A DNA stretch of 64,000 bases from a virus, in the IMG/VR virus record IMGVR_UViG_3300033149_007571, positions 1 to 64,000 of that record; one strand, given 5' to 3'. How positions within the stretch are numbered: position 1 is the stretch's first letter; the number at the start of each line of letters is the position of its first letter. Made by a program: the position numbers and the translations under genes. This document shows positions 1 through 7,790 of this stretch, piece after piece. Under the pieces are notes generated by a model. The model was given only the letters and a program-made list of their open reading frames with translations, made no database searches and was not told where the DNA came from.

Positions 1-33
1 ATCTACTGCTCTTGTGGAGCACGGCTTTGTAAC

Positions 34-234
34 TTGGCTGATGTCAAGTATCCGCGTAACGGGAATCCGCGAATCATTGTTGATGCGTGCCCAGCTTGCC
101 TCGATCGCGCTTACAACAACGGTCACCACGTGGGTTACACGGCAGGGCGCGACGAAGGCTATGAGGAAGGGCACGACGAGGGTTTTGGCGACGGTTACTC
201 GGCAGGCTTTGCTAAGGGAAAGTTGACGAAATGA
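34..234 (+). CDS. Small hypothetical protein with CxxC and GxxxG repeats
   Basis: CPAC followed by GHHVGYTAGRDEGYEEGHDEGFGDGYSAG; true start may lie upstream of the window. Confidence 0.55.
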   Translation: MADVKYPRNGNPRIIVDACPACLDRAYNNGHHVGYTAGRDEGYEEGHDEGFGDGYSAGFAKGKLTK

Positions 235-359
235 ACACAATTAGCAAGCCACGGCATCCGTTCAGAGTTTGAAGATATGATCAGACCAGAGCCGCGGTTT
301 GGGATGGCCATTTTAGTACGTTTTTGTTCCCATACCACTCTTTGTCTCGAGAAAGTCTG

Positions 360-557
360 ATGAGAAGTGAAGAGGAAATTATCAGAATGCTCAAGGAGCT
401 AATGGAGCAAGCACAAAACAATAGGGAAAACCACACTCTCATGAGGAAACTGAGCGAGAGGTATCTTGCATTGCTTTGGGTCATCAAATCGGATAAAGCA
501 CCCAAGACTTTAACATTTTCACCAAATGTTGTTGATCTGCTCAATTGTCTATATTGA
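360..557 (+). CDS. Hypothetical protein
   Basis: ORF 324..557; likely ATG at 360 (MRSEEEII), helical composition. Confidence 0.45.
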   Translation: MRSEEEIIRMLKELMEQAQNNRENHTLMRKLSERYLALLWVIKSDKAPKTLTFSPNVVDLLNCLY

Positions 558-600
558 AAGGTTTGGGAGCCAGTGAGGGGAAACGAACCTGGAGGGTGAA

Positions 601-1284
601 TATGAATAAAGTAGAATTGCAGAAGGTGTTGCATCTCCACAAACTCTGGCTTGAAGACAAGCCAGAAGGCAAGAGGGCGGATCTGCGTGAAGCGGATCTG
701 CGCGAAGCAAACCTGAGTAGAGTGAATTTGTACAAGGCGGATTTGCATAGGGCAGATTTGAGTGGAGCGAATCTACGTAAAGCGGATCTACGTGAAGTAA
801 ATCTGTACGGAGCGAATCTATGCGGAGCGAGTCTATGTAGCACAAGTCTGTGTAAGGCGGATCTAGGCAGAACGAGTCTGTATGGAGCGGATCTACGTGG
901 AGCGGATCTACGTGGAGCGGATCTGCGCGGAGCAAATCTATGTGAGGTGGATCTAAGTGAAGCGAATCTGCACAGAGCGAATCTACGTAGAGCGGATCTA
1001 CGTGGAGCAGATTTGTGTGATTGCAACTTTGACGAAGCTAAGATAACCTACAAAGGTAAGACAGTAGAAGTGAGCTTCAAGGAAATAGGGTGAAACTGGG
1101 AGAAATAACGGGGAGAGACAACTAGAGCCCGCCTCTCCAGCGGGATCCGCTCAGGGTAAAAGGGGCTTTGATTTCCGTTTCAAGCTAGGAGGAGGAAAGT
1201 TATGAATAACGTAGAATTGCAGAAGGTGTTGCATCTCCACAAACTCTGGCTTGAAGACAAGCCAGAAGGCAAGAGGGCGGATCT
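601..1284 (+). repeat. 84-bp direct repeat (601-684 and 1201-1284) forming the 5' ends of both pentapeptide genes
   Basis: Identical except one base (610 A vs 1210 C), offset exactly 600 bp; 3' ends (about 1017-1090 vs 1812-1885) also near-identical. Confidence 0.9.
602..1093 (+). CDS. Pentapeptide-repeat protein (paralogue 1)
   Basis: A(D/N)Lxx repeats; N-terminus MNKVELQKVLHLHKLWL typical of phage pentapeptide proteins; RBS GGAGG before ATG 602. Confidence 0.92.
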   Translation: MNKVELQKVLHLHKLWLEDKPEGKRADLREADLREANLSRVNLYKADLHRADLSGANLRKADLREVNLYGANLCGASLCSTSLCKADLGRTSLYGADLRGADLRGADLRGANLCEVDLSEANLHRANLRRADLRGADLCDCNFDEAKITYKGKTVEVSFKEIG

Positions 1285-1903
1285 AAGTGGAGTGGATTTG
1301 AGTGGAGCAAACCTGTATGGAGTGGATTTGAGTAGAGCGCGTCTACACAGGACGAATCTGAATGGAGCATACTTATGCAAGGCGGATCTATGTAAAGTGG
1401 ATCTATACAGAGCGAGCTTGTGTAACGCGGACCTACACGAAGCAGACCTGGATGGAGCGGGTTTGCGTAACGCAAATCTATACAGAGCGGATCTACGTAG
1501 AGCAAATCTGTGCGAAACAGATCTGCGCGAAACAGATCTGCGCGAAGCAAACCTGTGTAGCGCAAGTCTATGCAGGGTGGATCTATGTGGAGCGGATTTG
1601 CATAACGCAAAACTATACGGAGTGAACCTGTACAAGGCGGATCTACATGGAGCGAATCTATGTAAGGCGGATTTACGTAAAGCGGATCTATACAGAGCGA
1701 ATCTGTATGGAGCGAATCTATGCGGAGCAAGTCTATGTGGAGCAAATCTGTATGAGGCGGATCTGCGTGGAGCGGATCTGCGTGGAGCGAATCTGTGTAG
1801 AATAGATCTACGTGATTGCAACTTCGACAAAGCTAAGATAACCTACAAAGGTACGGCAGTAGAAGTGAGCTTCAGCAAGATAGGGCAAAACGAGAAAAAG
1901 TAA
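1202..1903 (+). CDS. Pentapeptide-repeat protein (paralogue 2)
   Basis: Longer A(D/N)Lxx array; same N- and C-terminal caps as paralogue 1; RBS AGGAGG. Confidence 0.93.
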   Translation: MNNVELQKVLHLHKLWLEDKPEGKRADLSGVDLSGANLYGVDLSRARLHRTNLNGAYLCKADLCKVDLYRASLCNADLHEADLDGAGLRNANLYRADLRRANLCETDLRETDLREANLCSASLCRVDLCGADLHNAKLYGVNLYKADLHGANLCKADLRKADLYRANLYGANLCGASLCGANLYEADLRGADLRGANLCRIDLRDCNFDKAKITYKGTAVEVSFSKIGQNEKK

Positions 1904-1952
1904 TTTGGAAGGCTGAGGGGCAAGTTCTAATGACGGGAAGGAGAGCGAAGCA

Positions 1953-2117
1953 ATGAAAACGGCGTTCAAAGAGTACCCAGCACTAGCGTTCTGGAAGCCG
2001 GGAATCAGGGAGGTTAACTGGCGCACATCAAGGAGGTCGCTCAGGCTGCAAGGATCCGTAGGCAAGCGCCGCGTTACCTCAAAACCGAAAAAGGAGGGGG
2101 ATAGTTTCACGGTATAG
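1953..2117 (+). CDS. Small basic hypothetical protein (54 aa, not in ORF track)
   Basis: AAGGAGAG upstream; MKTAFKEYPALAFWKPG...DSFTV*. Confidence 0.35.
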   Translation: MKTAFKEYPALAFWKPGIREVNWRTSRRSLRLQGSVGKRRVTSKPKKEGDSFTV

Positions 2118-2153
2118 GTAAAAGATAAAAAGTAACAGTAAGGAGGATAGGTT

Positions 2154-2357
2154 ATGGACCCAGAAAGTTTGAAGACCATCGTCGAAATTCTGAATACGTT
2201 AGGATCTGAAACGAAGGAAATTTTTATTTGGTACATTGTTGCGACAAACGTGGAGCCTATTATCAACTCTTCAATCCGTTGCGGTTGCGTTGTCGCCTGC
2301 ATTTATCTTGTAACTCGGTTCTTCAAGTATCTTGTGAAAAGCGTTTGCGTTTCTTAA
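2154..2357 (+). CDS. Small putative membrane protein
   Basis: RBS AGGAGG; hydrophobic C-terminal half. Confidence 0.55.
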   Translation: MDPESLKTIVEILNTLGSETKEIFIWYIVATNVEPIINSSIRCGCVVACIYLVTRFFKYLVKSVCVS

Positions 2358-2598
2358 GGCGAGCGGTTGTCTACTCTGCTGACAATTTTCCTTGTGCAGT
2401 TGATGACATTGTGTACATCCGCTGCCCAAGTGCGTTAGGGACAGTAACTAATGACTAAGGCAATGACAAGGGCTATTAGATAGGTTTTGCCGAAGGGAAG
2501 CTAACGAGATGAACATAATTAGCAAGACAAGGCGAGCGGTTGTCTACTCTGCTGACAATTTTCCTTGTGCAGTTGGTGACATTGTGTACATCCGCTGC
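2356..2598 (+). repeat. 70-bp direct repeat (2356-2425 and 2529-2598)
   Basis: AAGGCGAGCGGTTGTCTACTCTGCTGAC...TACATCCGCTGC twice, single A/G mismatch. Confidence 0.9.
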
Positions 2599-2772
2599 GG
2601 AAATCCCCGCTCAGGCATTTGGTGCGTCAAGGAAATGCAGATTGTGGCATATAACCGCGAAGGCAGAAAGTTACTGCGTCTAGCTTCTGTTGACCTAAAC
2701 CAAACACTATGCTGCTGGCGAACGGCGTTAGAAGTCTACCATAGCTGCGAGGCAGCCAGAGGCATAGGCTGA
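2509..2772 (+). CDS. Hypothetical protein
   Basis: 87-aa ORF containing the second copy of the 70-bp repeat. Confidence 0.55.
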   Translation: MNIISKTRRAVVYSADNFPCAVGDIVYIRCGNPRSGIWCVKEMQIVAYNREGRKLLRLASVDLNQTLCCWRTALEVYHSCEAARGIG

Positions 2773-2806
2773 CCTAATAACTTGGGAGTCCACACTGGAG
2801 GAAAGC

Positions 2807-3007
2807 ATGCTCCGAATTTTCTGGTTGTCAACAATAACTCTTACTGTGTTTGCCATTGTAGACCACAACGACATTGTTGTTGAATCCTCGCCAGTGATTC
2901 GGGTCTTTGTTGGCCAGAATTTCGATCGACTTCGAGCATGGCTTTCTAAACAAGGAGGGTTGAGAGTGTGTTTGTTGCATGTGGAGGAAGTGCAAAAACG
3001 TGAATGA
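2807..3007 (+). CDS. Hypothetical protein
   Basis: RBS GGAGG; 66 aa. Confidence 0.55.
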   Translation: MLRIFWLSTITLTVFAIVDHNDIVVESSPVIRVFVGQNFDRLRAWLSKQGGLRVCLLHVEEVQKRE

Positions 3008-3037
3008 GGGCAAACATGTTCGAATTCCTTCTCTGGA

Positions 3038-3097
3038 GACGTCTCCCCCTTCAGGGGAGACGTGAATCCCCCCTCTTGGGCTCCGCCAGAATCTGCC
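3038..3097. repeat. Element A: 60-bp sequence with a perfect inverted copy at 23075-23134; contains a strong hairpin
   Basis: GACGTCTCCCCCTTCAGGGGAGACGTGAATCCCCCCTCTTGGGCTCCGCCAGAATCTGCC equals the reverse complement of 23075-23134. Confidence 0.92.
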
Positions 3098-3137
3098 GGA
3101 ATCCGCCAAAATTCTCCGGAATCTAGCGAATATCGTG

Positions 3138-3166
3138 TTGACTTCCGGCGTCTAGAATTATAGAAT
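3138..3166 (+). promoter_or_regulatory. Sigma70-type early promoter
   Basis: TTGACT (3138-3143), 17 bp spacer, TAGAAT (3161-3166). Confidence 0.75.
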
Positions 3167-3220
3167 TCAATAAATGGAGGGGCAAGGAAAGCAAACAGCA
3201 ATGGGAGGAGGGAATTCCAA

Positions 3221-3361
3221 ATGAGTGAGACGTATGCAAGCGAGGTTTACCTGCGGGTGTTGAATAACCCCAAGTGGCCGTTGAGAAAGCTGTTCATCTC
3301 GCTTTTGCAACGTTACATCCATTGTTGCGAGCGGAGGAGGGCGATTGCTAATGAATGGTAA
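3221..3361 (+). CDS. Small hypothetical protein (46 aa, not in ORF track)
   Basis: GGAGGAG upstream; MSETYASEVYLRVLNNPKWPLRKLF...ANEW*; first ORF after the promoter. Confidence 0.5.
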   Translation: MSETYASEVYLRVLNNPKWPLRKLFISLLQRYIHCCERRRAIANEW

Positions 3362-3433
3362 CACCGTCCACGAACGTAGAGAGAATGGTTAGGGCAACTC
3401 ACATTTTTTACCCTTTTTGAGAAGGAGAGAGAG

Positions 3434-3799
3434 ATGAGAAAGAGGACGAACAGAGATGGTCAACCCGAAGCTGCTCCTGCCGAAATTGAGCAGTTTGAGG
3501 GTGCCACGCAGTCAGAGAAGGTTCTCAACGCAGGAGAGCAAGCCAAGGATCTCCTGGAGCGCGCTGCCGTGTGCTTCAGGGTGCTGGAGCTGGAGGGGAC
3601 GGCTAAGCGGCTGTGGAAGGAAGCCGAACGGGCTGTTATTGCCTCGCAGCGAGTTGCCAAGCGCGTCGAAAAGCAGGGCTCCAAGGCGGAGCGTGAGGCA
3701 GCGCGGAAGGCCAAGAAGGCCGAGAAGATCAGGAAGCTCCGCGAGCGGCTGAAGAAGTTGCTCGAGGAGGAGGAAGGCACTGGGGATACCAGGGAGTAG
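3434..3799 (+). CDS. Hypothetical coiled-coil protein
   Basis: RBS AAGGAG; K/E/A/R-rich helical C-terminus. Confidence 0.7.
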   Translation: MRKRTNRDGQPEAAPAEIEQFEGATQSEKVLNAGEQAKDLLERAAVCFRVLELEGTAKRLWKEAERAVIASQRVAKRVEKQGSKAEREAARKAKKAEKIRKLRERLKKLLEEEEGTGDTRE

Positions 3800-3829
3800 T
3801 CTTCGTTCGAGCCCTGGCCTAGCGTTGGG

Positions 3830-3943
3830 CTTAATCGGGTGTCGCGGCCCGACAGGGTTCTTAGAGAGAGGCGGGGGAAAGCATCAAGCCCCCCAAAGTG
3901 CCCCCTGAGACGGCAACGTCGGCCACCAGGTGGGCTGTCTGGC
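3830..3943. repeat. Element B: imperfect inverted copy at about 23164-23262
   Basis: Core GCCCCCTGAGACGGCAACGTCGGnCACCAGGTGGnCTnTCTGGC (3900-3943) matches the reverse complement of 23164-23207 with 3 mismatches; weaker similarity extends outward. Confidence 0.85.
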
Positions 3944-3982
3944 TTGGAATCTGCCAGATTCCGGCGGATTTTGGCGGATTTT

Positions 3983-4050
3983 GGCGAATAAAACCCTGCC
4001 TTTGAGCGTCTATAAATATAGAAAGCAATAAAGAAGGGGGCAAAGAAAGG
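3983..4050 (+). promoter_or_regulatory. Probable second early promoter, homologous to the 3125-3192 promoter region
   Basis: GCGAATA...GCGTCTATAAATATAGAAAGCAATAAAGAAGGGGGCAAAGAAAGG aligns with GCGAATA...GCGTCTAGAATTATAGAATTCAATAAATGGAGGGGCAAGGAAAGC; both preceded by 10-bp periodic repeats. Confidence 0.55.
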
Positions 4051-4052
4051 AG

Positions 4053-4304
4053 ATGACCATGAGAACCAAGAACCAGAACGAAGGGTGGAGCGAAGCCGCC
4101 GAGCGCCTCGAAGATATCCGCGACCAGATCGCCGAGCTTCTCGCCGATGCGGAAATGGTGTTGGAGGAGTGCCGCTGTGGGATCATTGCCCGCCGCTCCC
4201 AACTGTATTGGCTTGGCCACATGCAGGAAGCTTTGGGCAACGAAGGTAAGGGTATGTACACCATGAACGATGCCATCGCCGAATTGCAAACGGTGGACAA
4301 TTAA
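4053..4304 (+). CDS. Hypothetical early protein
   Basis: RBS AAGGAG; 83 aa. Confidence 0.65.
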   Translation: MTMRTKNQNEGWSEAAERLEDIRDQIAELLADAEMVLEECRCGIIARRSQLYWLGHMQEALGNEGKGMYTMNDAIAELQTVDN

Positions 4305-4316
4305 GGCGAGAACTTT

Positions 4317-4547
4317 ATGCAACCAGTAAGGAGGAAGGCCATGACAACTACGAACCACGAATTCGGTTTGCGATGGATGGAGGCGGACCGCTGCGGGCGT
4401 ACGGTCGTCAAGGAGAAACTCTTTGGCACCCGAACGGCCCGTGACCATTGGGCGGACCTGGTGGCCACAAAGCCGGGCTTTATCCGCTATGAAGCCTGGC
4501 TGGACGCCCCGGAAGAGGCCCCTGGCGACGACCGCCCCATTGGTTGA
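4317..4547 (+). CDS. Hypothetical early protein
   Basis: RBS AAGGAGG before internal ATG 4341. Confidence 0.6.
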   Translation: MQPVRRKAMTTTNHEFGLRWMEADRCGRTVVKEKLFGTRTARDHWADLVATKPGFIRYEAWLDAPEEAPGDDRPIG

Positions 4548-4599
4548 TTCACACCCCGGCAACGAAAAGAGATCCCACCAGTAGATAAGGAACACGGCT

Positions 4600-4812
4600 A
4601 TGCGAACGAACCATTCCCAACACGAGCACTTGCCTGGAGGAACGCGGGTGCTGAACACCAACGACGGCGAACCCGGCTTCATCATGAACGGTTTTGCCTT
4701 CGATCCTGACCAAGGGGGCTGGACCGAGTACGAGGTGGAGACCGAGTACGGAGTCGAGGTCTGGGAGCGTAGCAACTTCATCCTGTTTTCCGAATTCGAA
4801 GATGCCAATTGA
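4600..4812 (+). CDS. Hypothetical early protein (beta-rich, acidic)
   Basis: 70-aa ORF in a tightly packed operon. Confidence 0.6.
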   Translation: MRTNHSQHEHLPGGTRVLNTNDGEPGFIMNGFAFDPDQGGWTEYEVETEYGVEVWERSNFILFSEFEDAN

Positions 4813-4827
4813 GCCAGAGGAACTGTA

Positions 4828-5208
4828 ATGAGTGTCACGCTGACCATCGGTAACCATACGACGAAAGAATACTGCGTGAACCTGTCGAACACCAACTTTC
4901 GGCACATGATGACGGCTCTGGGATACGACTCGGCTCAGATGGACTGGGTGGGTCGGCTTGACCCTCGCGACCTTCTGGCACGCGTGGCCCGATGCCAGTT
5001 GGCCATCGCCGAAGGTCATGAGGGCGAGTTCACTCGATCGGCAGTAGATCGCCGGATCGAGGTTGGAACTGAGACCGAAGGCCGCATGGCAAAGATTCGG
5101 ATGACGGACCTGGGTGCCGATGCGGCCTACGTGACCGGTTGTTTGACTCGCTTGGCCATCCTGGCCAGCCGGGCCATCGCACGAGGTGCAACTGTCAATT
5201 ACTACTAA
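4828..5208 (+). CDS. Hypothetical early protein
   Basis: 126-aa ORF, RBS GAGG. Confidence 0.65.
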   Translation: MSVTLTIGNHTTKEYCVNLSNTNFRHMMTALGYDSAQMDWVGRLDPRDLLARVARCQLAIAEGHEGEFTRSAVDRRIEVGTETEGRMAKIRMTDLGADAAYVTGCLTRLAILASRAIARGATVNYY

Positions 5209-5262
5209 GCTCGAAACGCAGCAAACGATTAGTAAAAGGATCACAAGGAGGTCAAGAGAACG

Positions 5263-5469
5263 ATGAACACCTACATCGCAATTGTGTTGGTGTATCTCGA
5301 TCCAGAAAGACAAACCGGCGAAAGCTGGGCAGAGGAGAGCCAAGCTCTTGTGTTATGCACAGCGGATAGCAAAGAGTCGGCACGAAGAGAATTGATCCAC
5401 GAAGCACAGAGGCGTGGGCAATGTGTCAGCCGCTTCTTGTTTATCAAGGAATGGCACGACGTGGTTTGA
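5263..5469 (+). CDS. Hypothetical early protein
   Basis: RBS AAGGAGG; 68 aa. Confidence 0.6.
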   Translation: MNTYIAIVLVYLDPERQTGESWAEESQALVLCTADSKESARRELIHEAQRRGQCVSRFLFIKEWHDVV

Positions 5470-5511
5470 AGGGTTTGTGTAGCAGATGCCAGTACGAAAG
5501 GATGTCGAATA

Positions 5512-6072
5512 ATGAGACCGAGAGACTCCCAAAGATACGCTGTCTATCGTTGGGAATGGACTGTCAGGGAACAGTGGCCCGAACACAATGAAGTGCTCAG
5601 TCCTACCGAATGCCAGGACCTCATTCAGAAGGTTTGGAACGATCGCCGACCAGGAGAGGAGCCCCCCTTGTTGCGATTCCGAGGACGGACTACCGCTCAT
5701 GGCAGTCGATGGAGTATAACACTGCCCAAACGCGAATGGGGGCGACAAAAGCTATTGGTTCTTCACGAGATTGCACACTCACTGGATATCCATCCTGGGA
5801 AATGGGACGAACCATTTCACGGACCAAGATTTGCGTCGCTCCTATTGGACTTGTGGGTGACTTATGCGAGGATCCCGAGGGAAGCCTGTCAATTGATAGC
5901 ACGAACGCAGGAAGGACAGAAGGTGAAGTTTCGTCCAATGGAGTGGTCTGTTGCTGCTTGTCGACGCCAACCAACAAAAGAATGGTTGGAATGGAAACAA
6001 CTCGAGCAGCAACTCTATAGAATGCTGGTCGAATGCCGGGCAAACGAACCCGACAAATACGAGGAGGAATGA
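5512..6072 (+). CDS. SprT-like/zincin metallopeptidase
   Basis: RDSQR..VY.WE N-terminus, LHEIAH zinc motif, HGPRF third-ligand motif. Confidence 0.75.
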   Translation: MRPRDSQRYAVYRWEWTVREQWPEHNEVLSPTECQDLIQKVWNDRRPGEEPPLLRFRGRTTAHGSRWSITLPKREWGRQKLLVLHEIAHSLDIHPGKWDEPFHGPRFASLLLDLWVTYARIPREACQLIARTQEGQKVKFRPMEWSVAACRRQPTKEWLEWKQLEQQLYRMLVECRANEPDKYEEE

Positions 6073-6116
6073 AAGTTTGGATCACTATGTTTCCCAAAGT
6101 TACAGGAGATTGACTA

Positions 6117-7181
6117 ATGGCACATGAGATCACAGTACGACCGGATGGGACTGCCGAAGCAGCGTACTCTTTGACTCCAGCCTGGCACGGTCTTGGGGTT
6201 GTCTTTGATCATCGAATGTCAAGCCGAGAGGCGCTGGCTGCTGCTCAACTCGATTGGATGGTCGAGCAATGGCCCGTTGCAATTGGCAAACGAATGTGTT
6301 TGCCTGTCGAAGGCAATGGTAGTGAGATGACCATCACCGATTGGCTCGAGCAATGCTCTTATCGAGCCAACGTTAGAGCAGACAATGAGTTGCTCCTTGG
6401 GGTAGTGAGCAATCAGTACCAAGTGGTTCAGAACGTCGAGGCATTCGAGTTCATGGACAAGTTGGTCGAAGACCATGAGATGGAATACGAATCCGCTTTC
6501 TCGCTCCAAGGCGGACGGAAAGTGGTTTTGCTCGGACGAATGCCACAGGTTCGAGAAGTTGTTGATGACGACCGAGTCATCCCTTACATTTTGATGAGTC
6601 TCAAACATGACGGCACTGGAGCTATCCATTTTGGCCCATGCTTTACGCGAGTAGTATGTGCTAACACACACGCAATGGCTCTTACGGAAAAGACGATCAA
6701 GGAGTTGAGTATTCGTCATACAGGCTGTGTCGAAGAGAAGCTCTCGCAAGCTCGAGCAATACTCAAGCTAACATCGGAACACTACGATGATTACATCGAT
6801 TTGGCGCGGGAGTTGGCGGCCAAGCCCTTCCATCGCGAGGAATGGTACCGCTTCCTCGAGGTGATGTGTCCCGAATTGAATGCAGATGACCCCGATTACA
6901 CAGAGCAAAGGGCTGAAAGGATTGCTGAGACGAGACTTGCTCTGACCAAGTGCTTTGTCAATGAACGGGAGATGATAGCCAGTGTTGCTAATACGGCATG
7001 GGCTGCTGTGAATGCGGTGACCAAACACATTGATCACTTGCCAAGGAGGGGTGCAACTCAGGAAAGGAAAGCCGAAGCGAGATTCAATGTTTGCCTTTAC
7101 GGAGTGGGCCGGAACATGAAGCAGCGAGCGCTTGAGGCAGCTTGTCGTATTGCTGGAGTCAACTATGCTCTTGGCGGTTGA
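6117..7181 (+). CDS. DUF932 family phage/plasmid protein
   Basis: PAWHGLG, AQLDW, Y.VVQN.EAF.F, HDGTG, RVVCANT, IRHTG, TAWAAVNAVT motifs. Confidence 0.88.
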   Translation: MAHEITVRPDGTAEAAYSLTPAWHGLGVVFDHRMSSREALAAAQLDWMVEQWPVAIGKRMCLPVEGNGSEMTITDWLEQCSYRANVRADNELLLGVVSNQYQVVQNVEAFEFMDKLVEDHEMEYESAFSLQGGRKVVLLGRMPQVREVVDDDRVIPYILMSLKHDGTGAIHFGPCFTRVVCANTHAMALTEKTIKELSIRHTGCVEEKLSQARAILKLTSEHYDDYIDLARELAAKPFHREEWYRFLEVMCPELNADDPDYTEQRAERIAETRLALTKCFVNEREMIASVANTAWAAVNAVTKHIDHLPRRGATQERKAEARFNVCLYGVGRNMKQRALEAACRIAGVNYALGG

Positions 7182-7259
7182 TGAGTGCAGAGCAGAGCAG
7201 AGAAGAGGTTCTCTGTAGCGCCTCTAATGGCGAACCCAATCAAGAGCAGGAGTTGGACA

Positions 7260-7778
7260 ATGAGGTCAGCAATAGAGGAGACATATGAAGACGTTAAATT
7301 GCTTTTGCATAGTATTTGCCACCAGTTCATGAGCCAGAAAGGGATTGCCCATCACTACTACGATGAGTGGCACGCGGAAGCTCTGCTTTGCTATGTGTCA
7401 GCGTACAGATCGTTTGAGCCTAACTATGGTCGGTTTACGACGTGGTTATGGTCTTGCGTTTGGCACGGTCTCAACCGGAAGTTTTGCCGAGACGCTCGTC
7501 ATCACAAAACTGCTCACCCAACATTGAAAGACTTCCGACAAATTGAAGGCCCTGGGCGCTTATTCAAGATGGGAGAGTTTTTCTCATCATTATCGGAAGA
7601 TGCTCGAATTGTTGTTCGGCTTGTGTTTGGTGTTAGTTGTAGGCGTTGGGATGAGCCAAGGCGAATGACCCGCAATGAAATGAGGTTGTTGGTTATTTGC
7701 TTGTTACAGGATATGGGATGGACATACGATAGGATCAAAACGTCGTTCGGTGAAATTCGTCGGGCTTTGATTGATTGA
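7260..7778 (+). CDS. RNA polymerase sigma-factor-like protein
   Basis: Region-2-like segment SAYRSFEPNYGRFTTWLWSCVW; C-terminal LSEDAR..V and GWT...I HTH-like region. Confidence 0.55.
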   Translation: MRSAIEETYEDVKLLLHSICHQFMSQKGIAHHYYDEWHAEALLCYVSAYRSFEPNYGRFTTWLWSCVWHGLNRKFCRDARHHKTAHPTLKDFRQIEGPGRLFKMGEFFSSLSEDARIVVRLVFGVSCRRWDEPRRMTRNEMRLLVICLLQDMGWTYDRIKTSFGEIRRALID

Positions 7779-7790
7779 TTGATGTGACTA

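Noticed and set aside
281-1830. Long minus-strand and alternative-frame ORFs over the pentapeptide genes
   Set aside because: Shadow ORFs produced by the 15-bp repeat; the + frames have RBSs and a known fold
2459-2512. In-frame TAG in a gene relic as evidence for stop-codon reassignment
   Set aside because: Core genes are uninterrupted under the standard code and several, including the capsid, end in TAG
2356-2598. 70-bp repeat with an A/G mismatch as a DGR template/variable pair
   Set aside because: Only one mismatch and no reverse transcriptase in the window
3861-5343. Minus-strand ORFs of 348 and 264 aa
   Set aside because: Antisense to a packed series of + strand genes with RBSs; no recognisable motifs; likely GC-rich shadows
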